DNA from: Octopus vulgaris
Lineage: Eukaryota
DNA length: 64,000 nt
Reading direction: 5' to 3'
Assembly (NCBI GenBank): GCA_951406725.2
Contig: OX597821.1
Span: forward strand, 58,590,001 to 58,654,000
Positions 12,591 to 25,700 of the stretch are shown piece by piece. Numbering within the stretch: the stretch's first letter is position 1; each line of letters begins with the position of its first letter. The translations under genes were made by a program, and so were the position numbers. Under the pieces are notes generated by a model, which saw only the letters and a list, made by a program, of their open reading frames with translations, was not told the DNA's origin and searched no databases.

Positions 12591-15500
12591 ATGACTGGCT
12601 TCTTTCAGTTGCTGTCTTCCAAATCTATACATAAGACTTTTGTCAGCCTGAGGCTAAAGTAGAAGGCCCTTGCCCAAAATGCCACAAAGTGGGCTTGAAC
12701 CCAAGACCCAAGATTTTTAACTACACAACCATGTCTGTGACTTAGAGAATGAGAATGCAGTAAAGTGGTTTGTGCTATACAGATGCAGGATGGAATGGTC
12801 TGAGTAAATACCAGGAGAAAAAAAAGTATTAAAGTTTGATCAGTATAAACACTGGTTTCCAGATTCTTTTCTACTCTAGGCACAAGGGAGCCAGTCAATT
12901 AGATTGACCCCTGTATGCAACTGGTACTTAATTTATCGATCCCAAAAGGATGAAAGGCTAAGTTGACCTCAGTGGAATTTGAACTCAGAACGTAAATACA
13001 GACGAAATGCCGCTAAGTATTTCACCTGGCATGCTAATGTTTCTTATTTCTTTATTGCCCACAAGGGGCTAAGCATAGAGGGGACAATCAAGGACAGATA
13101 AAGGGATTAAGTCGATGACATTGACCCAGTATGTAACTGGTACTTAATTTATCGATCCCGAAAGGATGAAAGGCAAAGTCGACTTCGGCGTAATTTGAAC
13201 TCAGAACATAACAGCAGACAAAATACTGCTAAGCATTTCACCCGGTGTGCTAACATTTCTGCCAGCTTGCCACCTTTTTCTCAGATTCAGCACCTTAGGC
13301 ATGTGAGACATTTTGGCATTGCTGATTTGGCACCGACTTACTTGACATCAGACATTTTAACGTCTTTCTCTCTCTCTCTCTCTCTCTCTCCCTCCTCCCC
13401 CTCTCTCTCTGTTTATGCACATGAGCATATTACTCATTATGTATATTAAGAGGGGGAAAGTTTTCATATCATTATGTTCAATTAATAAATCATAGTGCCT
13501 ATGCTAGTGCTATGTAAAAAAACACCCAGTACTCTCTGTAAAGTGGTTGTTGTTAGGAAAGGCCCCCAGTTGTGGAAACCATGCCAAAACAAACAATTGG
13601 AGCCTGTTGTAGCTCTCTGAATTGCCAGCTCCTGTCAAACTGTCCAACCCATGCTGGCATGAAAAACATGCTAAATGATGATGATGATGGTGATGTCTCT
13701 TCTCCCCCGCTTCTCTTACTCCCATCTCTCTCCTTTTGTATATTTCTGCGTGTGTGCAGTGTCAAAATGTAGTCACCAAAACTGGTCAGATGTCCAGTCC
13801 GTGTCCAAACAGCTGCATCCAATTGTCCAATCATCTCATTCCATATATAGAAGTAACTACTGGGCTATTATTCTTTTATTTGTTTCAGTCATTTGACTGC
13901 AGCCATACTGGAGCACCGGCCTTAGTTGAAGAAATCAACCCCAAGACTTATTCTTTGTAAGCTTAGTACTTATTCTATTGGTCTCTTTTGCTGAACTGTT
14001 AAGTTACGGTGACGTAAACACACAAACATTGGTTGTCAAGCGATGTCTGTATTTGCCCCCGCCACCATCACTTGACAACCGATGTTGGTGTGTTTACATC
14101 CCTGTAACTTTGTGGTTTGGCAAAAGCGACCACTAGAATAAGTACTAGGCTTACAAAGAATAAGTCCTGGGGTCGATTTGTTTCGACTAAAGGTGGTACT
14201 CCACCATGACTGCAGTAAAATGACTGAAACAATTGAAAAAGAAAAGAATAAGTACTCGAGTTGATTTGTTTGACTAAAACCCTTCTAAGCAATGCCCCAG
14301 CATGGTCACAACACAATGACTGAAACAAGTAAAAGATAAAAGATTATACCAAATCATCTCCTAGTTGAGGGCTATACTGCACTTTTTGACTGAGTGGTGA
14401 TGAACCATATTTGGTATGATATGATAATTACTTGCTTATTTTATTTTTGTGTCACAACCCATGCTGTCTCCAACCCATGCTGGCATGAAAAACATGCTAA
14501 ATGATGATGATGATGATGATGATGGTGATGTCTCTTCTCCCCCGCTTCTCTTACTCCCATCTCTCTCCTTTTGTATATTTCTACGTGTGTGCAGTGTCAA
14601 AATGTAGTCACCAAAACTGGTCAGATGTCCAGTCTGTGTCCAAACAGCTGCATCCAATTGTCCAATCATCTCATTCCATATGTAGAAGTAATTACTGGGC
14701 TACTGTTCTTTTATTTGTTTCAGTCTTATTTATCTAAGTCTGATGCAGTTGCCTTTGTTCAAATGGGAAGGTCCTCTGGAAAGAAAGATTGACTTTTAAC
14801 TGTAAAGTTGAATGATTGCAACTTTTACGTCTTTTAATGACTTTGCAACAATTTTGGGTTGACAAAACTGCAATAATTGATGTCATAAGGTGGTGAGCTG
14901 GCAGAAATGTTAGCATGTCGGGTTAAATGCTTAGCAGTATTTCATCTGTCTTTATGTTCTGAGTTCAAATTCTGCCAAGGTCAACTTTGACTTTCATCCT
15001 TTCGGGGTCGATAAATTAAGTACCAGTTGCATACAGGGGCCAATCTAATCGACTGGCCACCTCCCCAAAATTTTCAAGCCTTGTGCCCAGAGTAGAAAAA
15101 AATAATTGATGTTGTTGAATGTTAATTCTCAAAGATTATTTTCTGTGTGTGTGTGTGTGTGTGTGTGTTGTACATATGCATGTGTTGAAGATTAAGTTTT
15201 GGGGATTTCTAAAATGATAATATTCAAAGTGTTCATATACATCTACTATAGCCTGTGTCATCATCATCATCATCATTGTCATTTTAGTGTCTGCTTTTCC
15301 ATGCTCACTTGGCTCAGATGGAATTTTCTGCAGCTGGATGCCCTTCCTGTCACCAACCCTCACCTATTTCCTAGTAAAGTAATATTTTCCCCATGACCAA
15401 ACATGTTTGCAGGTAAGATTAGAAACAAAGGACACTCATAATAACAGCACTCACCATTATCATGCAATGTCAAGGCAAGGAAACAGTAACACACATACGC

Positions 15501-15814
15501 ACACACACACACTCACTCACACATACACACACACACGCGCGCGTGCATGCAAACACACACACAGACACATATATGGCATGTAAAAAGCACCATCTGAACG
15601 TGGGTGATGCCAGCACTGCCTTGACTGGCTTCCGTGCTGGTGGTACGTAAAAAGCACCCACTACACTCACGGAGTGGTTGGCATTAGGGAGGGCATCCAG
15701 CTGTAGAAACACTACCCGATCAGACTGGAGCCTGGTGCAGCCTCCAGGCATCCAGACCCTGGTCAAACCGTCCAGCCCATGCTAGCATGGAAAACGGACG
15801 TTAAACGATGATGA

Positions 15815-15859
<45 letters not shown>

Positions 15860-16815
15860 CGAGAGGTTTTGGTATCCAGAAGACCCAAAATGGCAGGTAA
15901 GACTATGTAAGTGCTACGAAAGGACTGTAGTTATTTAACTGTCTCATATCGTCTCTGCCTTTCTCTTTATAAATGTCCTAGAAATTTCACACTGCCTTGG
16001 CTTTGCTGTTCCATTTTATTTAACACACACACACTGCTGACTACCAAATCCATCTACAAGGCTTTGGTTGGCCCAGGGCTATAGTAGATGACACTTGCTC
16101 AAGATGCCATGCAGTGAGACTGAACCTAACTCCATGTGATTGGGAATCAAACTTCTTACCACACCTGCCCCTATTGACACAACTAAATTAATCTCACAGT
16201 GGTCCCGATGTTGGGTCTTCTCGTTACTCATTCAGTGGAACTCTCTGCTGATAGAATTGCAAAGAAAATGGTTGAATATTCCAAAGAGACTTGCACTCTT
16301 AGTTCAGTCTTCGGAGTGACTCGGTACAACATTAGATGTGACAAACTGGGTCTTTGAATTACAAATAAAGTACATCTGATGGGCTTCTATACAATTCCTT
16401 TCTGCCCAGTTTCATTCATAGCACTTGGGTTGATATGAGGATTTTGTAGATGATGCTGGCTCATGGGGTACATAAGGGACTTGATCCCAGACCCTCATGA
16501 TTGTAAGGTACTTCTGATCATTTTATTCTACCTATACACATCTTGTAAACAGACTTAATTCTTTCATACAAAATTTAAAAAAAAAAAAAACTTTTATCTT
16601 TTACTTGTTTCAGTCATTGGACAGTCGCCATACTAGGGTATCACCATGACAGTCTAGTTGAACAAATTGACCCCAGAACTTGGTTTTTTTATGTTTGGTA
16701 CTTATTCTGTTGGTCCCTTTTACTGAACTGCTAAGTTATAGGGGCATAAACAAACTAACACCAGTTGTCAAGTGGTTGTGGGGGACAAACGTAGTTACAA
16801 AGAAATGCATATACA

Positions 16816-16863
<48 letters not shown>

Positions 16864-19177
16864 AGGTTTCTACACAGTTTCCTTTTATGACAGACATATT
16901 CACAAGTCATTGGTCAACTCAGGGCTATAATAGAAGACACTTGCCTAAGGTGCCATGCCGTGGGACTGAACCCAAAACCACTTTGTTGCAAAATGGGCTT
17001 CTTAACCACACAGCCATGTCTGCACCTAACAATTTTTCTTTACTCTACAAATTTTAGCTTCAATTATGGAAGGCTGGTAAGGAAATTAAAAACATTAATT
17101 TGCAATGATGTAAACAGAAGTCAACTTGATGAACTGAATTTTCAGTGTCATGATTGGCAATATGGATTGCATGATGTTGTGATTGTAGACCCCATGTTGA
17201 GTCCTGATTGAGCTGAACTATGATCAGCTACGTTCCAGCCATGACCATCTCATCTAACTTTCAGTTATGGAGTATCTAGGACTACATTATCCAATCTGCC
17301 CTTCCAATGCTTAAGAAAAATATGGGTTGAGATTTGACTGTTGTTTCTAGCAAGTCGAGCATCCATTTAGAGAGGCACTCTCTTTTACTTGCAATAATTG
17401 TTGCTGGTGTTGTCCTAATTTTCAAATCATTATTTTTAATTGCTGCATAAATGACGTTGAGATTTCTAGTCACATGTTATCATTGACACCCATTAAACAT
17501 TTTGCTGTTTAACCCCAGGCTGGCTCTGGTTGTCCAGAATTATGATCAAAAACAATCCAGCTATAACCTCTTATTTATTTTTTTAAAAGTTTTTTTTCTA
17601 CTTGTTTCAGTCATTAGACCGTGGCCATGCTAGGGTACCACCTTGAAGAATTTTTCTTTGAATGAATTGACCCCACTTTTTTTTAAGGCTGGCATTTATT
17701 CTATCTGTCTCTTTTGCTGAACTGCTAAGTTAGGGGGGATGTAAACGTGCCAATGCCGGTTGTCCAGCAGTGGTGGCAAATCGACGCAGATACAAAGACA
17801 CATACACACACATACAGATTATATGTATATGACAGGCTTCTTTCAGTTTCCATCTACCAAATACACACACAAAGCTTTTGTTGGCCTGAGGTTGACCTTG
17901 TTATATTTTATATGCCATCAGATATGGTGTGGTGGTAAGAAGCTTGCTTCCCAACCACATGGTTCTGGGTTCAGTACCACTGCATGGCACCTTGGGTGAG
18001 GGTCTTCTACATTTTTATTGCTAACTTTTACATAGCTGGGGCTTGAAGTGTTTATGAATGCATACCTGATCGTTATAGACTCTATACGAGATCTTTTTTA
18101 CTCAGTAGTTTTATAAAATACATTTGAAAACTTTCACATACATTAAAAGCTACTAGAAATTTTAGCATTTTCTCATAGGTGTAATGCATATGAAGGTAGA
18201 AAGAAAGTAGAAGTTATTTTACATCTACATGAAAGTTTTCACAGATATAAAATGGCTATCAAATTTGTTAACAGAAAGACATTATATATATCTATAAATC
18301 TATATCTGTATCTATATATGAAAAGAAATATATATATATATATATATATATATGGGGCTTTGTTGGAGCTGGATTTTCTACGGGGATCATACTCTTGCTT
18401 ACCACCAACCTCAGTTTCTAGACACGAGTGGTCCTGAGACCAAGGCCTCTACCATGATTTTTAAGAAATGTGGTGGGAAGCCTCATGATAACAAAGGAGA
18501 ATGGACACCAGCCAGTCAGCCCAAAGGTTGGGTGGGCTGCACTTGCCTACATTGGTTGCTATGGCATTGAGGTAGATCTGGCCACCCCCTGTTAATGGAG
18601 ACAAAACCCGGATTTAAAACACTAGATGATGATGATATATATGTGTGTGTGTGTGTGTGTGTGCGTGTGCTGAACCTTTCTTTAAATTTGTTGGGTGTTC
18701 TTTTTTTGTTTTCAACTTCTTAAACTATAGAAAAGCTTTATCTCTTTTATGTTGTTACATGTAACGTGCTAATGTCATAAAAAAGACCTTTTACCTTTAC
18801 GATTTACATTACCCTTTTTTAAAATTTTGTTAGCATTTATGTAGTCAGGGTTTAAAGTGTTTATAAATGGGTACCTGTTATTTGTAGAACTTTTTACTCA
18901 GCAGTTTTACAGAATGCATTTGAAAAACACAAATTAAAAATTACTGGAAAATTTAATTCCCAATTAGAAAGGACCTAGTTATAATCTGATATTCATTTAA
19001 AAAAAAATACTATATTTACTCATATATAAGTGGCACCCTTAATTTAGTGTTTAAATCTTGCTACAAATTTTTTTTCCTTTCATAGTTTAAGCTTTGCCCC
19101 ATATAAGTCATATCCCAGTTTTTTTCCATTAAAATAAAGTATTTGACTATGTGACTTATACACAAGTAAATACAGTA

Positions 19178-19399
19178 TACAAGGGGATGCTGAAAAGTTC
19201 CTGGTTTTAAGGGTATCATGAAAGGCCTGGTTGGAGGCCCAACCATCTGGGTTCTTTCACAGGGCTTAGAAAAACTGAAGGCTCGCTGCAATAAGTGTGT
19301 GATTCTGAGAGGAGAATATGTTGACTAAAAAAAATCTTAATTAACTGATCCTCCTGTATTTTCTTTTACTCAAAGCCAGGAACTTTATAGCATCCCCTC

Positions 19400-19402
<3 letters not shown>
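19178..19402. mobile_element. Mariner-like MITE
   Basis: TIRs TA|CAAGGGGATGCTGAAAAGTTCCTGG and CCAGGAACTTTATAGCATCCCCTCG. Second copy in the opposite orientation at 32535..32753. Confidence 0.8.
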
Positions 19403-19436
<34 letters not shown>

Positions 19437-19570
19437 CACACACACATATATATATATATATTTAAAATATATTCTGCAAAGTGACTTTTTTTTAAGGTAT
19501 GTTTTGTAAAACATAACTAAACTATTAAAGTTTAAAAATTCACAAAAAGATATTTTTTTTTATTTTGATT

Positions 19571-20872
19571 TCAACAACAACAGCAGCAACAACAACAAAA
19601 ATATGAATACCATTTAGAACTCACTTTGGTAGTTTGTATTTGATTTTGTGGCATTTCTGTTGGACTGAAATGAGGAAAGCGAAGGGGTTTGCTAAATATT
19701 GGTGTTAAAAAGTTTGATGTTATTTTCTGCGACATTGTAAGGTGAGGTAAAATCCGTTGTCCAATGAAAATAGGTATCCTGAATCTTAGTTTCCCGCTTA
19801 ATCCAGAAAAAGTGATCTCAACCTGTAAGTAGTGGGACACTTGAAATAATTTGCATTTGTACTGACTGATACACAGGGCCGCATTCTTGTGAATAGGAAG
19901 AAAAATCTGGAATTTATTTTCCTTCTTTTCATTCTGTGATGGTTCCTCTATTGGACTAGGGTCCTTTGAGCGCACATGCGAAATGCATTTAGAAAAACGT
20001 TCACTCTTTTCTTCAAACTGAACCAACTGGTTAAGTGTTCCTGTAATTTTCGAAACTGATTTTGTTGGCCATCCTGGGTCGATGGCTATCTGGAGACCAA
20101 GGCAGATCCTCTCTCCTGGTTCATATAACCTCTTGTCAAGAGTTAAGACAATGTGAACTTGTTTTCCACGACTGAACTTTAATTTGGTTTTCTCTTCATG
20201 ATTCACAGGAATCAGTGCCTCTGACAGTCTGTTTACTAGGCTACTGGGAGATTCTTCAACTTGAAAGTGTTTCTTTCTCAGTAGCACAGTATGGGGATCC
20301 CTTGATTGAAAATTGTGGCTTGAGGGATGAATGTTGAGGGGTGTATGAATATATATGGCTATAAAGTAGGTAATTTCTAATACAACTGTGTTTTTGTCTT
20401 CATAGAGCAACGATGATGGTATATCTGGTGGTAACCAGAATTTATACTGTGAGCTGTACAAGCCTGGCATGGCAATCATCCTTTCATGAGGATTACCCAG
20501 AACAGCAAACTTTTTATTCATGAAAACCTTTTTAGGAGCACCTCCGATTCCTGTTTGTAGATATGTAGCACTGCTTTGACCAACGATAATCATTTCAATA
20601 AATTGTAGCTCCAAAGGATGTTTTATGTAAAACTCCAAGTCAATAGTCATCAGTTCACCAGGCTCATAATTTGCATCATCTGCTTTCTGAGTGTAGATTT
20701 GAAAATATGATATTGGGCTTGAGTTCCGTACCCTGTGTGTAGATCTACCCAGAGTTGGAAAGGTTGTAAACACTTGGTGTATATCTCTACTCGATAGTGA
20801 CTTTCGGATTGGTGCTCGATGGCGTGTATGATATGTCGACTGACTCAAAGTTTTCCTTCTTAGAGTTGTCAT
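19571..20872 (-). CDS. Alpha-arrestin / arrestin-domain-containing (ARRDC-like) protein, 433 aa, single coding exon, nested antisense in an ALS2 intron
   Basis: Long repeat-free ORF. Arrestin_N-like YEPGELMTIDLEFYIK and PGLYSSQYKFWLPPDIPSS...ITYFIAIYI; Arrestin_C-like VHIVLTLDKRLYEPGERICLGLQI and CKLFQVSHYLQVEI...LRFRIPIFIG. In-frame TGA two codons before the ATG. Ends in YSYFCCCCCCCC-stop. Confidence 0.85.
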   Translation of the reverse strand: MTTLRRKTLSQSTYHTRHRAPIRKSLSSRDIHQVFTTFPTLGRSTHRVRNSSPISYFQIYTQKADDANYEPGELMTIDLEFYIKHPLELQFIEMIIVGQSSATYLQTGIGGAPKKVFMNKKFAVLGNPHERMIAMPGLYSSQYKFWLPPDIPSSLLYEDKNTVVLEITYFIAIYIHTPLNIHPSSHNFQSRDPHTVLLRKKHFQVEESPSSLVNRLSEALIPVNHEEKTKLKFSRGKQVHIVLTLDKRLYEPGERICLGLQIAIDPGWPTKSVSKITGTLNQLVQFEEKSERFSKCISHVRSKDPSPIEEPSQNEKKENKFQIFLPIHKNAALCISQYKCKLFQVSHYLQVEITFSGLSGKLRFRIPIFIGQRILPHLTMSQKITSNFLTPIFSKPLRFPHFSPTEMPQNQIQTTKVSSKWYSYFCCCCCCCC

Positions 20873-23800
20873 CTTTCAACCAGTTATTGAATCTGAAAAG
20901 TGATTTCTGATTCTGTCAGGGAAATTTTTTCTTAAACTTGTATGATTTGCAGAAATCTCTGTTATGATGACACGTCTCCAGTTGAAGAAAATAATTTCTC
21001 AGCAAATCTTATTTATTTTGCTTTTCAGTGTTAAAGCTGTTGAGGAGTAGTTGCAGATTGTAGACTGTAATCTTTATTGTAGATATATGTGCTAGCAAAC
21101 TGGTTAAAGCACTTCTATACTCACAAATTTTTTTGTTTCTGTTTTAGTTTTTATTAAAGGTGTGTCATTGTAAAATGATGTATCCAGCAAGCAATTTCTT
21201 TTTATAGCTTAAGACGGTAACTTTTTGTTTTTTGTGGTTTCCATGCACACAGTACAGATAATGTTCGCCTCTGGGGGAGAAAACAGGTTCTACCTAAGTG
21301 TCAGTTGCCAGCACCATACATAATACTGATTGACCAATAATGAAGCTGGATTGATATAGAGAATGTTAAACACATTGTTCCTTTAAATTATGGAGGATAT
21401 ATATGTAAATTACCAATTCAGTGTCTGAGTTATTTATTCATTCCATTTCCAACTTATATACTGGGAAGAAAATACAAAGCAACATTCCGTTATGTAACTT
21501 TTCTATGTTAACTACCAGTATGATTGGCTCCTGGTTATTGTTGCCTTCTTTTTTTAAACAAGTAATTTTTTTTTCAATTTGCTGAATGATATTTCTAAAT
21601 TTCCCATGAAGGCATATGCTTTCATTTTATCTGATTGTTTTCTTGGGAAAAATGTTTTGTGGAGATCTAATTTGAATAAACTGACATGAAACAAGAAAGA
21701 AATCACTGTTGTTTAATAATAACAAACTAGAACTTGATGAGGGAAGCATTTCAACTCTCTCTCTCATTATCTATCAGATGCAGTGGGACTGGCATGAGAC
21801 AATTGGGTGTAGCTGTTTGGACATTGATGATTTGGCCTGGCTGACTGGACATCCAGCTTGTTTTGGTGACAGTACTTTCTGGTGCTGGAGGAAAATTTAC
21901 ACACTCACACACACTTGTGCTCAGAAGTGTGTGTGTGTGTGTAAAAACCATGCCAAAAGTGACCTTGCCTGTGCAAGTACCACATAAAAAGCACTCAGCC
22001 CACTCTGTAGAGTAGTTGGTGCTAGGAAGGGCATCCAGCCACAAAAAAAAAAAGATGCCAAAACAGACACAGAAGTCTGGTGTAGTCTTCTACCTGGTCA
22101 GATCCTGTCAAACCATCCAACCCATGCCAGCATGGAAGGCGGATGTTAAACGATGTTGATGGTGTGTGTGTGTGTGTGAAGGCATGTGGCCTAGTGGTTG
22201 GGACAGCCACACTTTTGAGATTGTGGTTTTGATTCTCAGGCTGGTTGCACATTGTGTTCTTGAGCAAAGCACTTCATTTCATGCTGCTCCAGTCTGCTCA
22301 GTTGTAAATGGGTAACCCTTCCAAGTGGGGGGAATGTTGGCCTGCTCCTCTAGCCAGCAGAGTAGCTTCATTTGAAAGCTAAAATAATACAAAGTGCATT
22401 GTGACTAGCGATGTATAACAACATCTGATAGTCTGGTCAATACTGCAGTTGCTATTTTACTCTACAGGACCCCACCCCCACTCCATAGCTGTTTGATGTT
22501 TTAAAAATCCTATATATTTGAGTATTATTAGAAATTGTATAAAAAAAAATTGTTTAAATATTTTGTTTATTGAAGAAGTATAACTAATTTATTGCAGATA
22601 ATTTTCAACCACAAAATCTTACATAAACCCCAGTTCAGAGCCACTGAGTTAATGGTTTGAGAAAGAATTTGAACAGTGGGAAGGGAGTTCTTGATAGATT
22701 CAGATGTGGGAGATTTAGGACTAATTGAACCAGTTTGAGGAAGAGGAGAGGTGCACTGACTTGGTGTAAGAAGACATGGTTTGTCAACTGTATAAAGATG
22801 TCAAACTCAGAAGAATCAATGGCATTGGGTTGGCAACTTTGGAGAAGGGGCATAACCTGACTATAGACTAGTAATTGGAGTGTGTTAATGTATTCATATT
22901 TGCTAGCTGTTGTTTCTGGCTTTGAGAAAAAGTTGTAACCTTTGTGATAGAAATATTTGTCATAATACTGTAGAAGACAGCTGGAAACTATTCTATGCTT
23001 TTCTTTCATTATTTCTTAATTTCAAGTCCCAACTTCTAATCCCACCAAATATTATGAAGAAATAATTATCTCCCTTGTATTAACTGTCCACTAGGGAACT
23101 CCATGTATTCCAGTACAGCTTTCCCAATAAAATATCAATTCTTTCTCTGCATATTTTTTTTATTGCTGTTACTTGTCTGTCAAAACATGAGAATGTATAA
23201 AGTAACTGAAGTTGGTATGTGGGTTTTGCTGAGATAGCTGAGAGAGAGAGAGAGAGAGAATGTGTGAAAAGGTCAGAGTGTCAAAAGAAAACCTGTTGGA
23301 CCTTTATAATGATATACAAAAAGTAATGCCACAATACAGTGCAGTGGAAGCAGGTGCAAACCAGCTGTGCACTTGTATGTTTTTTTTTTCTGGTTGACAA
23401 ACAAATGACAAATTTCTTGTTAATGTTATAAAAGTTAAAAGTAAGATTCTGTCATGAAATGAAGATGATAAACATATATTTATATAAATCATACCCCTAA
23501 TTTAGTGTTAAATTTTGGTACAAAGATTGCATGCATACCATGGCAGTTTTAGCTTTATCCCATGTATAAGTCACAACCCTGTTTTTGCAGTTTTTATAAA
23601 GTATAAAAATAATGCAACTTATAAAGGAATAAATGCAGTAAGTTCACCAAAAGTGGATTTTAAAAGATTTTTTTAACAATTTGCATTAGCAGGACTGTTT
23701 TAATACGTCAGATATTTATACTAACAAGTTCTTGAGTCACAAAATACTACTAAATTGGAACCTAATAGAAAAATACCGTCTGTCTGTCTGCCTCTCTGTG

Positions 23801-25035
23801 TGTCTGTCTGTTTGTCTGTCTGTCTCTCTCTCTCTCACTGACACACACACACGGCATCGTGTTCACATGGATGTAAACTTGATGCATCTGATCCTAGGCA
23901 TTATAGTTTTAGTTCATCTAAGTAAAATATTTAATCCCTGAATGTACTCAATGACTCATTAAGTAGTTGGTGCTATGAATTTATGTCTGAATTATACAAA
24001 CAGGAAGAATAGAACATAGAAAAACCCATGCCAGCATGGAAAGTGGACGTTAAACGATGTTGATAATGATGATGACGTGAATAAACAAGTGTTACATTTG
24101 ATAGAGTAATCCGAATGCTAAAGGGCTAAATCTTTGACTATACATTCAAATTTTTCTATTAAATGGACAATACAGGCACAGCTGTGGCTGTGTGGTTAGA
24201 AGTTTGGCTCCCAATCACATGGTTCTGGGTTCACTCCCACATTGTGGCACTTTGGGTAAGTGTCTTCTATTATAGTGTCGGGGCCAATCAAAGTCTTGTC
24301 AGTGGATTTGGCTGACAGAAATTGAAAAAAGCCTGTCATATATATGTGTGTGTGTGTATCTTTATGTCTGAGTTGTAGTGCACCTGAGCACTGTACACAA
24401 TTATTATTATTATTATTATTATAACTTAGCAGTTTTGACAAAAGAAACCATTGGAATAAATACCAGACTTTAAAAAAAACAAAAAACGTACAGGGGTTGA
24501 TTCATCTAACTAAAAATTCTTCAAGGCGTTGCCCCAGTATGGCTGCGGTTTAATGACTGAACTGAGTAAGATATAAAGGGAAATATAAAAGAATACATGA
24601 AACAGATTCCTGTAATTCCCATGTAATGTCAGCTTCAACTAAAACATGTTTAATGTTTTATCTTCAGCCCTGTATCTCCATAGCTTTGTCACTTTTCACA
24701 TAAAGTAGTAAATATGTAGGTGTAGTTAGCATAAAACATATTTGATGGATTCCCAGAAAGGTCATTGTTTTTAGGAAAGGAAGGCAGTGTGTAAGGATGG
24801 TTGGCAGGGTGGGGGTTAGTAAATGTGGGCAGTTGAGCATACTGGAATAACCAGCCTTCAAAATGTAAACCAGTTTATGAGACAGCAAGGTTTCCAAAGT
24901 AATGCAGCACAGCAGAGACCAATAAATGAAGCCAATGATCAATAGCAAATAAAACTCAGAATCCAAATTAATTAGCTCTGGTCTGTATCGATAAAAATCA
25001 TTTAATAAAGCTTGGACATTTTAATAAATTAATAT

Positions 25036-25700
25036 TCTTTTCTACTCTAGGCACAAGGGCTGAAATGTTTGGGGAGGTGGGGCCAGTCGATTAGATTGAC
25101 CTCAGTACACACCTGGTATTCAATTTATTGACCCTGAAAGGATGAAAGACAAAATTGACCTTGGCGGAATTTGAACTCGGAATCTAAAGACAGATGAAAT
25201 ATCGCTAAGCATTTCTCCTAGAGTGCTAGTGATTCTGCCAGCTTGCTGCTTTTTATTCGTTTCTAATCTAGGCACAAGGCCCAAAATTTTGGGGGAGGGG
25301 ACCAGTTGATTAGATCGACCCCAGTACACAACTGGTACTTAATTTACTGATCCTGAAAGGATGAAAGGCAAAGTCGACCTTGGTGGAATTTGAACTCAGA
25401 ATGTAAAGACAGATGAAATACCGCTAAGCATTTTGGCCAGCGTGCTAATGTTTCTGCCAGCTTGCCACCATAATTGGAATTAGATAATTCTTTTCTACTC
25501 TAGTCACAAGGCCCGAAATTTTTGGGGAGGAGGTCAGTTAATTAGATCGACCCCAGTATGCAACTGGAACTTAATTTATCGACCCTGAAAGGATGATAAG
25601 CAAAGTCGACCTCAGCAGAATTTGAACTCAGAACATAAAAGCAGACAGAATACCGCTAAGCATTTCACCCAGTGTGCTAACGTTTCTGCCAGCTCGCCGC
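25036..25700 (-). mobile_element. Three head-to-tail copies of SINE family B
   Basis: Three ~215 bp units (about 25036-25250, 25257-25470, 25487-25700), each reverse-complementary to the 4972..5190 unit. Confidence 0.82.

Noticed and set aside
528-18570. Numerous 60-150 aa ORFs in the track
   Set aside because: They map to SINEs, RTE tails, MITEs and microsatellites (poly-HT, CV, I, Y, D runs) and recur as similar peptides across repeat copies.
19571-19573. TGA after the Cys run as selenocysteine
   Set aside because: The downstream minus-strand sequence is AT-rich, then microsatellite and a MITE; no SECIS is visible.
22635-23009. 124 aa minus-strand ORF upstream of the arrestin gene
   Set aside because: No recognisable domain, and it cannot extend the arrestin CDS because of the in-frame stop just before ATG 20872; possibly decayed repeat or UTR.
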